DNA of 64,000 nucleotides, from assembly GCA_000165425.1 (NCBI GenBank), contig CT868097.1:440867-504866 (forward strand). Direction: 5' to 3'. Source of the stretch: Paramecium tetraurelia. Lineage: Eukaryota. Made by a program: the position numbers and the translations under genes. Every line of letters starts with the position of its first letter. The first letter of the stretch is position 1. The notes beneath the pieces were generated by a model. The model had not been told where the DNA came from, ran no database searches, and saw nothing but the letters and a program-made list of their open reading frames with translations. Positions 51,288 through 64,000 of the stretch are shown here, piece by piece.

Positions 51288-51648
51288 ATAAAAATTATTC
51301 ATAAGACCTCATTTGACAAATATCTAGACGAATTAATTTTTCAAATCATCTCATTTGAAGAAGGATAAATTCAAAAAGATTTCCTATCAAAAAATAATAA
51401 AATTAATATGCACTTTATCCAGAAATTAAGATTTCTTAAAGAAACATGCAATTTATTTACAATATATATTTAATTAAAAAATTAAGTAATTAGCAAAATC
51501 GATATAAAATTAGCGCTTCATTTTTTTAAATAATTAATAGTACTTAATTGATTTTCTAAAGATATATTTATAAATTAATTAATTAATACTTTTAATAGCT
51601 TTAATATATTAGTACGATTATTTATTACAAAATAATACATAAAAAATA

Positions 51649-52515
51649 TTCAAACCTTTTATTTCTAGTTTATTAATTAAATATTACATTTTCTCTGTCG
51701 GTATCAAACTCTTAATTGTTTGCTTACTTTCTCCTTCTTCTTGACATTTTAGTTTATTTAGTTTTATGATCAGAATTACTTGCCTCATATCCTTCTTCAT
51801 CACCCTCTTCGTTCTATACATCCTTATCTTTCTTGCTTTTTTAATACTAAAATTGGTTTTATTCTACATACCTTGTTCTTATTTTATTCATCTTCTTCGC
51901 TTTATTGTGGAGTTCTCTCTTCATCACCATCATAATTGAAAATACTAAAAAATATAAATATTCAAACCTTTTCCTCTCTTTTGTTTAATACCCACTTTAA
52001 AATTACTCCTTCAATATTTATGTTTGGTTGATCTAATTGGATTACTTATAAATTAAAATACTTCTTGAATGGTGGATATCTCAATGAACTCTTAAATCTA
52101 ATCCAACCATTGATCTTGAGTTAAATTCTTAATATATGGATTATCTTTCAAATCACTCAAAAAGTTTAAATATTAGTAGTCAAGTATTTGTTCTTAAAAG
52201 TAAGTTTTGAAGGAATCTTGAGTTTAAGAGATTAATTTCTTGTCATCGTGTTACTCATTTAAACATAATAAAGTTTCGTAATTCTTTCTGAGGACTGTGA
52301 CATATTGCTAAGATAACTTAGTGGAGCAGATTTATTCGGCATTAAGTAAGGCTATTGGTCCATAAACGATTATGTTTGCAAAATATGATATTAGATTGCT
52401 TATGATTAATAGAAGATTACTTAATTGTTTACTGTTTTTGGATTAAGTATGCATCAATTATTTAATTGGACAGGGAATTGTCCTTCAATAATTACAAATA
52501 TTAATCTTAAATCAT
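51649..52515 (-). CDS. Hypothetical protein with acidic C-terminal region
   Basis: Open segments WIRFKSSLRYPPFKKYFNL and acidic DGDEERTPQQSEEDE; exon boundaries and 3' end uncertain. Confidence 0.45.
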
Positions 52516-52563
52516 TTTAATATAATTAATAATAAATAAATAATCATAAATCGATAAATATCT

Positions 52564-53225
52564 TCATTCACTGCTTGAAGATAGATTGATTTAAATTAAC
52601 AATTTAGTCTTCCACAATTGTAAGCATTCTTTAAGTGGAATTTATTGTTTCCAACCATTGGTGATTGATTGAAGGGATTTCAATCTCAATGAAAACGAAC
52701 TAGGTTAATAGAATACAGTTTATGATTTGCAATCTTTCTTGATTTGCTCAACACTCCTGCTTTCATGGATAAACTAACATCTGGCTCCATAAAAGCATAC
52801 CTAATATATATTAATAGATTAACATATTCTTGATGGAAAGATCTACATAGTTTCGACTTATATTTCATATTAGATTACCGAGTTATCTTCTCGTTCTCAC
52901 CATGAGCAAATTAGCATTTATTACTATAATTGCATCTGCCAAGAAGACTCCAATTCTTACACATTTCTGTTTTGAATTTGGTGTGGCTCTAAGATTCATC
53001 ACTAGAGGAGGTCATTTCTTCGATGGGATCGTCATCTTGAACATAGAAGTCAGTGCTCATCGTTGTTAAGGTAGCTACGGTGCTCATGGATCCTCTTTTA
53101 TCTGAATCCGACTGATCGTTGAATGAAATTCTCTTGGCATTTTTTAAACACTTCTGTGTCCATGTTGGTTAACTGGGAACATAACTATTCAAATCAGCGT
53201 TCAGTGATCGTCTACTATTATTCAT
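52564..53225 (-). CDS. Tandem CCCH zinc-finger protein, TIS11/tristetraprolin family
   Basis: KFKTEMCKNWSLLGRCNYSNKCQFAHG and KYKSKLCRSFHQEY-VCFYGARCQFIH. Confidence 0.93.
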
Positions 53226-53397
53226 ATTTCAGAACCTTTCTGAATTTAATTTCTAACTTTTTGTTTGAACAGAGGTTCTTTATTTATAAGTTCTTAGCTT
53301 ATTTACATCTGACATGAACAAGATGAGTTTATTTAGTAAACAGAAAGGAAAATGTTTATATAAATAATATATAGATTTTATATTAAAATTTATATCA

Positions 53398-54486
53398 ATG
53401 ATTGTCAGAATGCATTTCAATGCAATCAAGATGGCTTATGCCATTTCAAATAAATTGGCTGCAAATAAGATCAACAAACTCTCTTCAAGGATTAAATAAA
53501 AATAATCTGTGGAAGATGTTCATAATCTATAAGATTTCTTAACCACTCAAATCTAAGAAAGTATCTCTACCATTTATTTACCTTAGACAAGCTCTATAAC
53601 ACTATTCACAGGACATCCAAATATGATGATGGATTCGACGAATTTTTAACTGAATACAAAAAGAAGCATAAAGACATTTTAGATCTCACTCATTATGCAG
53701 CATCTCCTCTGAATAAAACCAATCAATTGAGAGAAGAGGAATTTAGATAATTACAATCATTTCTTGATAAAAGAAAGAGATAATTAAAAAAGGAAATTAT
53801 TATCGATTAAAGTTAATTGGAGTCTGATCCTGCTAATGATAAATTTGTAGAAAAAAAACTAGGGTTCCAATACCCAAAAAATGTTAATCGTTCAGGATTC
53901 AAAATCAAAGATCAATTTTTTTGTATCCTTATTGATAGAGACACTAACACTTAAGTAACTACCTTATAAAGAATCAATTCTTTCAGACAACTGATTTTCA
54001 TTGGAAATGGCAATGGTGTTATAGGATATGGGTATCATATTAAATTTTGAAAATAGGAAAGGAAAGGGTAAAGATTTTGAAACTGCATTAAGAAGAGCTA
54101 AAGTAGATGCTTAAAGAAATCTAGTACCAATCAGTCTTGACTTATGGCATACATGTCCAATCCCACTCACAGGAAGATTCAATGATGCAGAAATTGAAAT
54201 TAATCCAAGACCATTAGGATTTAACGCCTATGGTAATCCTCAAATTGCATCTATGTTAATGCTAACTGGAATACATCATTGCAGCTTCAAGGTCAGATCA
54301 AGGAATTAGCTTCCCTATTCTTTACTTTATGCATTCATGCAAGCTGTGACAAAGTAATAGCAATCTTATTCTTTTAGTAATGCTACAGCTGAAGAAGTCA
54401 GTGAAGCTAGCGGTATGAAAATATATAGATAGAATTGGGGAAAAAAAATTGGAAGAACAGCTCCATTAACATTCGACGGAATCTGA
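53398..54486 (+). CDS. MRPS5: Mitochondrial ribosomal protein S5 (uS5m)
   Basis: Basic presequence-like N-terminus; RINSFRQLIFIGNGNGVIGYGKGKG...ALRRAK...RNLVPI; PRPLGFNAYG. Confidence 0.85.
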
Positions 54487-55028
54487 GTTGCTTGTTTTTA
54501 CAATATTCAATATGTAAATTCATGTATTTTTAATTCAAAAAATTATTAAATCATCTTTTCCCTATTTCTTATATAGTCTTGAATTGAGTAATAGTATTAA
54601 GTTGAAATATCAGAATGTTGATACTCTTTTTAGATTTTGATTTAATGTTGGTAATTAATTTATTCTCATATTAAAAAAAAATACTTCCCTAGAACTAAAA
54701 TTATTTTGTTAACTTTTAAGTTCTAATCTATCAAAAAAAATTCAAGTTTTCATTATTTTTCACTTTCCCTTTAAATCATTCCTAAAGTCTTAATTTTTAG
54801 AATATTTTTGTTATTTTTAGTAATTAAGGTAACAACAATCATTTTTTTGGAATACAATTAAGTTACTTTTTCTATTTTTTTATTTATTTCACTTTGCTAT
54901 TATAGATTTTCAATTATTAATAGATTTCTTGGATGCTAATTTGTTTAAACTCTTGGTTCTATAGACGTCTAATATTTTACATTCAAATTTGATATTATGT
55001 AATCTTTAATCCATTATTATTAATTGTG

Positions 55029-56525
55029 ATGAACGAATAATTCAATTAGGCTCATTATGATATAAAACAACAGATTACACATTATGAGCATGACTTGGAT
55101 CATTTTTGGACAACTCTAACAGGGTAACAAATACAACATTAAATTAAGGGCTGTTGTTCTGATTATGCAGTTGGGGTTTGCATTTCTAGAGGGTGGGTGT
55201 GTACGATATCGGAACATTCAAAGTATCATTATCAAAGTTTATGCTAACACTGCAATTAGCATTATTATGATGTGGATAGTATGAATAAGTTAAAATTTAG
55301 GTTGGTTATGGATTGATGATGGGTAAAACTAACGACTCATAATTTAATGGGATAAGTGGCTTTTCAGGTTTCAGATTTAAAGATCATCCTGAATCTTATG
55401 CCGATTTTGTATTTAATACTGCATTAGCAGCTGCAGCAAACAGTATTGTATCTGGAGGAGCAGCAGAAAGAATGTCAATACCTGGTTATATAGCTTTGAG
55501 TGTATTATTTTCTGGTTTTATTTATCCTATTTGTATCCATTGGGCATACAAAGGATGGTTATATGATTTGGGTTATCATGATTTTGCTGGAAGTGGAGCA
55601 ATCCATTTAACAGCTGGAATTGGAGCTCTTGTTGTCACTTTTATGCTTAGGCCAAGAACTAATAGATTTAATCCATAGTTTGAATCGTAATTTAAACCTT
55701 CAAATACTACTTTTATTTGTTTATCCTGTTTGACATTATACATGGCTTGGATGTGCTTCAATTCAGGATCTACTTTAGCATTGTCTGACGGTTCAGTCTT
55801 CACTGTTGGAAATTCAATTGCTAACACAATGGTAGGTGGTGCGAGTGGAGGATTATTTGTTTTCTTTTATCATTATTTTACTAACAGAAACACTGATAGT
55901 CGTTTTAGTTTAGTGATGGTTTGTAATGGCAATTTGGCAGGCCTAGTAGCAGTAACAGGGTAAAAGTTAATTATAGTATTTTTAAGATCCAATGATGAAA
56001 TAGAATAATGGGCAGCCTTTGTGATAGGGATTATTGGAGGAATCATTTATGTCTTGGTGGCTAAAATATTACATAAATTGCAAATAGATGATCCTGTTGA
56101 TGCCATTCCTATTCATGCTGGATGTGGTTTAGCAGGAGCCATGTGTCCAGGGTGGTTTGATAGAAGAAGAGGAATCTATTATGAATGGGGAGCATATCAA
56201 TGGGGAGTTTAAGTGCTTGGTTGTGTATGTTTTGTTGCATGGTAATTCTTTTATAGTAATTGATAGGTCTGTAGCTTGGCATTACGTGGCTTGCAAAATA
56301 TTGGAAAGACTCAATTTGCTTAGAGTCCATAATCGCATAGAAATGGAAGGGTTAGATCCAACGATCTGTGGAGGACATGCATTCTTTTATGAACCCGTAA
56401 GAGAATAAGAAATGAAAGAACCCTATTCATTTTAAAGAGATATTCAATAATTAGAATAAGTAAAATTAAGCGAAATGGAAATAGATGAGAGAAATCTATC
56501 TCTTTTTAAATAAGCTGATAAATGA
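55029..56525 (+). CDS. AMT: Ammonium transporter (Amt/Mep family)
   Basis: MQLGFAFLEGG, IVSGGAAER, IYPICIHWA, DFAGSGAIH, FNSGS, LAGLVAVT and IDDPVDAIPIH; both pore His residues present. Confidence 0.97.
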
Positions 56526-56548
56526 AAAATATTTTGGTGAATTAATAT

Positions 56549-58535
56549 TCATAAATCTATTTTTATTTTTCTTTCTCTTGCATTAACAACATAGGTACTA
56601 TTTTAAATAAATGTGTAATCTGGTTAAAATGCATTAAAATCTATTGTTTGATTTTTACCATATGATTTTAGTACCCAAAAATGATCACTATTATTTGTGA
56701 TTACTGTTTCAAAGATATCATCAAATGGTCTTCCTGGTAAATAAGTTTTAGATTCCTCTTCACAATTGACAGTTCTTATTCCCATAGCACCGTCTCCGAA
56801 GTACACAGTTCCTTTATCTGACTTTTTATTAGCCTTTAGAGGGTAAGTTCTCTTATATTAATGAACGTGATTTTCAAAAGCCCCCACAAACTCATAGGTA
56901 TCAAATAGAGGCACCCAAACAGCTCTAGCCTATAATAAATTATCCCAAGAGTTCATAAACGAATTATTATTATAACAAGTAGGGTAAATAGGAACATGAT
57001 AATGAGCAAATTTATTAAGTTAGGCGTAAGCTTCATTTTATAGAATTGAGATCATCCAATTTGATTGTGTTCCATTATGAGGATATAAATAGCCAGAGTC
57101 TAATCCAAAGAGCAGGAGATTTTGCATCTTTTAAATATTGAAAGTCACTCTATGTTTAATTGGTAGAACAGTATTGTTAGCAGACTTTCTCTAGGGAAAG
57201 TAGGTGAAATATAGAGGTCCCCTCTCATCAGACACTGTAATATTGTATTTAGCATAATCATTGAATCCCACATCATGATTACCAACTGAGAAAATGAATG
57301 GAATCAATCTTCCAACCTTTGTAAACTGAGTTTCAAAGACTGATAATAGTAAATCAAATGAGTAATAGCAATGTACGTTGCCATTATCATAAGCAATGTC
57401 CCCTCCAATCAAAATAGCATCGGGATTGACTTTGGTAATCTAATCCACAATCATCAATCCTTTTTTTTAATAACCCCAATCTCCTCCGAACAAAATCACA
57501 ACATCATCATCTGAATACTATTCTGCTATTGTTCGATACTTTGTAGAATTCAAGACTTTCTCCTTGTAGATTAGATCCACATCATAAAGAGTATATGATT
57601 TTAGACCTGTTAATAAACAGGTGAATACATTTCTCTACCCTCTTTCCTCAACAGATGATGGAAAGGGTATTTTGTCACACTTAGTATTTATTTTCGAATC
57701 TTAAAACTTGAATTATGCATTCAATTCCTCAATGTCAGTTCCAGAATGCACATTGATAAAAACTTCCGATGATGTCTCTTCAGGTAAAGTTGCATATATA
57801 TGACATAAGGTTCCTTTTGGGCATACTTCATCTGGCAACCAATTTGATCTAGTCCATTTTGATGAAAATTGTAAATCCAAAAATGTATCTACTCCATAAG
57901 CTTTATTATAAACACAGAGGCATCCTTTTTGAAAGGCTAATGGAAGGAAGATGGAGAAAAATACAACAGTGGTCACTTCGAATGCCAAAAGATACTTAAA
58001 ATATTAGGCTGCATTAGTGCATCTCTTTTTAAAAGATTTACCTAAAAATATATTATTATATTATTTACTTTTCCAAAAATTTGAATGTCTCCATATTTAT
58101 ACTAAAATTCCAAACATTCCAAGCAGAAATATTAACAGTCCACATACCCAAGAAGGGATCAAATTAAAAACTGCGTAACTAACCAAAGCCAAAGCCAAAG
58201 GGCCTATAATAAACCAAAATAGAACTATATTGATTGATTCCACTATAATTGCCGACAATGGTTTTTCTTAAAATCAATAAGATAAATTTTCTTACATTCT
58301 TTTTTTACCTCAAAAAATGAATCAGTAATATTAATCTGCCCCACTTATTTCTACTTCTTAGGCTTTAGTAAATAGTACACTATAACACTTAATATCACAT
58401 TAACTACGAAAATCCCCATTGAAACAAGCACAACTACCTAAACTTATATGTTTTAACTACCTTAGCAACTTCCATTGCAAATGAGTGATCATATGTCATA
58501 CCCTTACCATCCCAAAGCAAATCAAAGAACGTCAT
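56549..58535 (-). CDS. Purple-acid-phosphatase-like metallophosphoesterase with N-terminal transmembrane segments
   Basis: FGGDWG, GGDIAYDNG, VGNHD, HYHVPIYP and ENHVHQYKRT; FN3-like LTGLKSYTLYDV upstream; several hydrophobic N-terminal segments. Confidence 0.88.
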
Positions 58536-58881
58536 ATTTTGTGATTAAATATGTAATATTATATATATATTTTTAAGACTTTAATTAATATGCGTATGTA
58601 ATTAATGCAATTTATTCGATTTGAATCGTTACTTCAATTAACTATTCTTAAGGAAGTGAAAATTTAGATATTTATTATTGTCTTACAATCGTTCATTTTT
58701 AGGGTTACTTTTTCTGAAAAATGCAATTTACACATAAAATTACTCATTTCCATAATAATGTCTTCTGCATCCTTAAAGTCTATATATTGGCTAATATTTA
58801 ATCTGTAAACACAATATTAGGAAAATATAGAATTTAATACTTTCAGAATAATTTTATAATTAATAAATACAATTTACAATA

Positions 58882-60495
58882 ATGAGCGATAATTATTTTT
58901 CTATTGAAGAGCAGGTTCGTATTTTGAACTTATATACGCAAAGTTAGAAACTTTTGGCCTTTCAGGTTCAATAACTATCAGATTAAATCTAAATGCATAA
59001 AGAATAAATTAACAAATATTCCTAATTGGTTGGGGACTTTCTGCAATAATTATAAAACATAATGCCTCTTAACAATGAAAAGTTAAAAAAGAAATCAATT
59101 AAACATTAATGGATTAAATTATATATTAACAAATTTAAAATGCAATGTTGGATTCATGAAGATTATTGCACATACTTAACTTATAATAAAATTTCTATTA
59201 CAAATTCAAATATAAATAAGCTAATTTTAGAGGATGAGTGTAGCAATTTTGAAGAAAAGACTACAGATTACATTATTTTAATAAATGAGTTATTTGCAAA
59301 AAAAATGTTAGATGACCATCAAAATATTCAATAAAAAATACAAATGGATATAGATAATCTTCAACTCTTTGAAATAATAGAGAGAATAAGTGATTCAAAA
59401 GAAATTTTAACATAGGAAGAGATCGAATAAATTTATCTTAATTTTAATAAATACAAGTTAGATATAATAGAAAAATAGTATTAAAATGTCTAAGCTTTTA
59501 TTTAAACACACTACACAGATTTTTTACAGCAATCTGTAATACAGTAGCCCTAATACCCTTAAGAATTAAGGTATGAAAACTATGGTAATAATTTGGAAAT
59601 ATTAAAATCTATTGAAAAGTACATCAAAATACAAGAAACAGATGAAACTAAACTGCATAATCTTCAAAGAGGACTCTACCATTTGCGCTTAAAAAAGGGG
59701 AAGAAGATGTTTATCATTCTCGAAATTACATCAAAGAAAAAATAAAATGCATATATTATTAACTACTTCCAACATTATAAAGAGGCATCTCAAATCATTC
59801 ATAAACTTCAAAATAATTTTAATTGTTACTATATAAGAACAATAAAATTGCAAAAGGCTTAAGAGGCTTATTTAATTTGTAAACACCTAAAATTGAAAAA
59901 TGAATTTTAGTAAAAATAGAATTAAATCATAGAAATATATCGAGCAGAGAGTTTCTAATAAATTAATCTTGAAATAGAGAATATAATGAAATTTATTTTC
60001 TAAACTTAGCAAATGATCAGAAATTTTATGTCAAAAATAATTAACAATTCAAAAGATGTAAACTAAATATATACATTAAATTTTGTAAAGAGTTTGAGGG
60101 AGAAAAAAGCGCTTGAGATTACACTCATAGAAAGAATTTAATTTAATTAAAACATTAAGTCCATATAGTATTAACCATCAATGCTAGGGGCCATTTTGGA
60201 AGACTAAAATAAAATTACATAAGGAGTAGTACTTTACTTCAATCGAAGAATAATATTGTTCTTTCTCAACAACTTATAATATAATTATCAATAAGAGTTA
60301 GAGAAGGAACCTAATAAATTTGTAAAGATAATAAATACTAAGGTCAAAAATATTGAAGCAGAAGCTGCTTAATTTTATATTACATTATTACTCAAAAATT
60401 AAACAAAGAATGTGGCAAGGGATATAAAGAGTTTTTTAGAATAAAAAACAACAGCTTGGGTTAGCATTTTGAAGTTTTTAGAAGAAAAAAAATGA
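58882..60495 (+). CDS. Hypothetical protein (537 aa, apparently intronless)
   Basis: In-frame ATG to TGA, 1614 nt, MSDNYFSIEEQVRILNLY...WVSILKFLEEKK. Confidence 0.7.
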
Positions 60496-60517
60496 TTTTA
60501 TTTTTTATCGTTAAATA

Positions 60518-61679
60518 ATGCATAACAACAATTCTTTTTTCTAGAATGACATAAGTTAACAGTAAATTGATTAAGCACTCTTAAGATTGAATGCATTACT
60601 CAAGGATGAACCTCCAAAATAAGAAAAATAAAAGTTTAAAAAACCTCTACTTATTAATTAAGAAGATGCTTCAAGTATAGTTTCATCATAACCTAACTAT
60701 ACATATTAAACTAAAATGACATCTGAATAAATCAATCATTTTGTTGATAGAATGAATGATAAATTTAAACAGTAAATAGTATTTTAAAGTCATTCATAGA
60801 ACTTAGAATAAAATAATTGAGCTGAGAAAAGATAAGATATATTCTCCAATTAAAGTGAATGAAAAGAGTTAATCAATTCTCAAATAAAAAATACAAAATG
60901 GTGAATATTAATCATTATATGAAAGAGCTAAAATCAGGTAAATTGAAAAATAAGAGAAAATCAAAGAAAATCAAAGATTAAAACTGTTAGATGAAATGAT
61001 GAGTATGAAAACTAAATGCAGTGAATCGAAATCAGTGGATAATTTCTTACAAAAAATGGATTATTGGTAAGAAAAGAAGACTCAATACATCTAAAATTAG
61101 TAATAAGAAAAAATAGAAAAAGAGTTAGAAGGAGTTACATTTAAACCTAACCTTAATCCATTATCCACTAAGATAGCCAAACAATAAAATAAAGATAGTG
61201 ACTTATTAGAACGCTTTTAGAAATCCAATCAAAATAAATAATTGAATGAATAAAGATTATTAAAGGATGAACTAAAAAAAACACCATTTACGCCTAAGTT
61301 AAATAAAAACTCAATTCTAATTAACAACAAAGTGTAAAAATAATAGCAATTCAAAAATCACAATTATTTTTTAAACTAATAAGCATTGAACTAATCAAAA
61401 GACTCAAGTTTAATTAATTTTAATAGCACCGTTCAAAAATAACAATTATCAAATGATGCATTTCATTCAAAATAATCTAAATCATTGACTCCTGATAATG
61501 TTCGTTCTAGATATTCCACTGAAAAAATCAAAGATGATAACTCAATTAAAAAGAGATCGACCACTCCATTAAAACAAAATAAAATAATCCCAAATGTTTA
61601 AGAGGTCAAATATAATCCCAATCTGAAGTTTTTGATGACATTGGCCTAAAAAGATTTGAATTATTCATCCTTATTTTGA
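60518..61679 (+). CDS. Hypothetical protein with repeated TFxPxxN motifs (possible microtubule/cilia-associated)
   Basis: EGVTFKPNLNPLSTKIA and KTPFTPKLNKNS; one 24-nt intron near the start. Confidence 0.65.
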
Positions 61680-61896
61680 TTTTATAGATTGACCATCTCC
61701 AATTTATAACAATTCAATAGATATTATATCTTTAATTATTCAATTTTGATTTTATAAGAATTCAATTCTTAATTAAACTTATTTCTTATACTATATATAT
61801 ATATATAATTATTTTGATTGTTTTTATATAGAAAGAAACATTAATAGTAAAATAAAACAAAATGCCACAAAAGTTAAAATACTAATTAAATATACA

Positions 61897-62718
61897 TCAT
61901 TTTATAATAATATAACAAAATCCATCTGGGTTGATGAATGTTGACACTAATAATCTGACTGGGAAATCCAAATTTACCTATAAACCTAAGACATTGACAT
62001 TTAATTCATTATAATTCAAACTCTAAAATAATATGTAATAATATACATCTTCAAAAATTGGTTATAAAACATTTTACAGAGTTTCTTTCGCGTCCTTTAA
62101 GACATGGGATCTTTAAATCATATTTCCATCAATAAATATCCTAATTGGAATACTGAGTTATTATTCCTTCTTTAACATGGTTAAATCCCAGATTTTGTCA
62201 AAGAATTCATAAAATTGAGGTCTATAATTATGGTCAGAATAGTTTTGGAACATTTTATACTATTATTCTATAGTAATTGTCTAGAAGATTTATCGTTCCC
62301 ATTTATGACCATACCTAATCATGCATGCCTATTTTAGATTCCAAAAGTATCTATTTTTGATATCAACTTAAATGTTCTCAGAAATAGGTAATACATTTTC
62401 TGGTCTTTTTTTAAAATGAACAACCATTTCTACCTCCTCATTAATTCTATCTATTTGTACAAAGAAAGGAATATGCCACTAAATGGGTTAATCATTAAAT
62501 GATAACCACAGGGAGGATCTCGCTTTATTTGAGTATCTTATAAAATGATTGTAGATTGATTCAAAATAGAATCCAGGATACTTATTGTTGTAAACTATGC
62601 AAACAAAGGGGATGATATCCTCAACATCTTAAATGATAAATTTTCCAAGAAAAGATTATTCATTAATTTATTTGCGAATATCTTCTAAACTCATTTCTTC
62701 TAAGGGTTAATTATCCAT
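61897..62718 (-). CDS. ATG5: Autophagy protein 5 (divergent)
   Basis: LWLSFNDQPIQWHIPF, YFWNLKQACMIRYG (conjugation-Lys context), SIPIRIF and C-terminal VLGLQVNLDFPVRLLVSTFINPDGFCYIII. Confidence 0.8.
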
Positions 62719-63123
62719 ACTATTTTAATAATATATTATTTATATAAATATTTTAATATAACTTATTTTATTGATCATTTATTTATATGTAATAAAATGT
62801 CCTATTTGATTGTTGTTTAAGTGAACTAAAAACAAGAGAGTTATAATAAAAAATAGATAATTTTTTACAATAGGAAGTTAAATAATAACTCAATAAGAGT
62901 AGATCGTGAGCAGAGGATTTACAATTATAAAAGAGGCTTATATTTTAATATGAATAATAATTTAGAAATTTGTGAGCTATAAAATAAATATTTTAATGAT
63001 GTTAGAGTGTGAGGGATAATGAATTTGAAGAGCATTTGAATAGATTTCGTATAATATAAGTTTGTATTCTATTGTTTATCTAAATTGGGTGAGAAATTAA
63101 ATCTTTTTTTAAAATATAAAAAA

Positions 63124-63805
63124 ATGGTTAAAAACTCAGCACAAGACCCTTAAGATAATTCACTCTAAATGAAAGTAATTGATAAAAGTGCTATTGGCTT
63201 AGACTAGATAATATTTGGTTTCCGGAAGAAGACTTCCATCTAAGGAAGACCCAAATCCCAAAGTGATTAGTATGAGAATCTTTGCAAGAAACACAGTCGC
63301 TGCTAAAAGCAGATTCTGGTATAGCATGAGTTAATGGTTAGGTGGAATTTAAGAAGACTCAATAAACTCAGACCTTCACATGGATAGATCTTAGCAGTAT
63401 AAGAATTATTTGAAAGAAGAGACACAAATGTCAAAACATACGGAATCGTTCTTAAATATTAATCCAGAACAACCATTCATAATATGTACAAGGAATTCAG
63501 AGACACAACTTTAAATGGAGCAGTCTCTTAATTATGTAATAACATTTGCTGAAGAATATTTTAGATCAAGAAATGGCTGGAAATCACAGAGCTCAACCAT
63601 AAACAATTCATATTCTCAGAACATCAGTTTTAACAAAGAGTGCTGATATCAAGAGAGGAAAGACTAATTAATACAGAGTACAATTCAAATATAGTTTTAG
63701 GGTGACTCAATCAAATTCCCAATTGTCAAAACAGTCCCAAGAGCTAGTCACAAAAAGTTCAGAACAGTGTTCAAAGCCAAAAGACCCAACCTCTACAGAT
63801 CATGA
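63124..63805 (+). CDS. RPL18A: 60S ribosomal protein L18a (eL20)
   Basis: [56 protein letters not shown] and KFPI...FKAKRPNLY; four introns. Confidence 0.97.
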
Positions 63806-64000
63806 ACATGTTATTTTAGTACAATAATCATCATATAATAATATTTAATATTAATTAATCATTCCCATTAAGCCACTATTCAAACATCATTTGAAATTGG
63901 TTCATAAAATATAAATTTTAATATAATATATATTATCATTATTTATTAATCAATTTTTTAAAATTAGGCAATTTTTAAACAGGTTCTTGATTATGATGTA

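Noticed and set aside
54550..54982. Coding-like minus-strand stretch MQNIRRLQNQEF... upstream of AMT
   Set aside because: Hits TGA after about 47 codons with no plausible short intron; at most a degenerate remnant.
1..64000. Telomeric repeats, transposons, retained IESs, tRNA, rRNA, CRISPR
   Set aside because: No G4T2/G3T3 tracts, transposase or RT motifs, cloverleafs or repeat-spacer arrays were seen. Genes are interrupted only by canonical introns, consistent with macronuclear DNA. Short IESs cannot be excluded by eye.

Overview
AT-rich, very gene-dense eukaryotic DNA that reads as ciliate macronuclear genome, almost certainly Paramecium (aurelia-type). TAA/TAG encode Gln (genetic code 6), TGA is the only stop, and GT-AG introns are tiny (about 20-31 nt). 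The supplied standard-code ORF track therefore shows only fragments or wrong-strand ORFs. Re-reading by hand with code 6 gives about 43 protein genes. Recognisable ones are an RCC1-repeat protein, a tandem longin-like tail-anchored protein, a pseudokinase-MORN protein, a DHHC palmitoyltransferase, a Rab2-like GTPase, an acyl-protein thioesterase, two EF-hand proteins, an importin-beta family member, an XRN1-type exoribonuclease, a probable Scc2/NIPBL, two RING proteins, a Myb protein, a TBC RabGAP, a SHIPPO-repeat protein, UBA52, proteasome alpha3, CapZ alpha, PIBF1/CEP90, a hybrid histidine kinase, a TIS11-like CCCH protein, mitochondrial uS5, an AMT ammonium transporter, a purple-acid-phosphatase-like protein, ATG5 and RPL18A. 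The best non-coding find is a well-formed box H/ACA RNA on the minus strand (about 39440-39570) between PIBF1 and CapZ alpha; one guide arm is complementary to the conserved U2 snRNA branch-site region. No transposon, telomere, rRNA, tRNA or CRISPR was seen. All gene models were read by eye; CDS spans include introns and family calls rest on motif recognition, not database searches.
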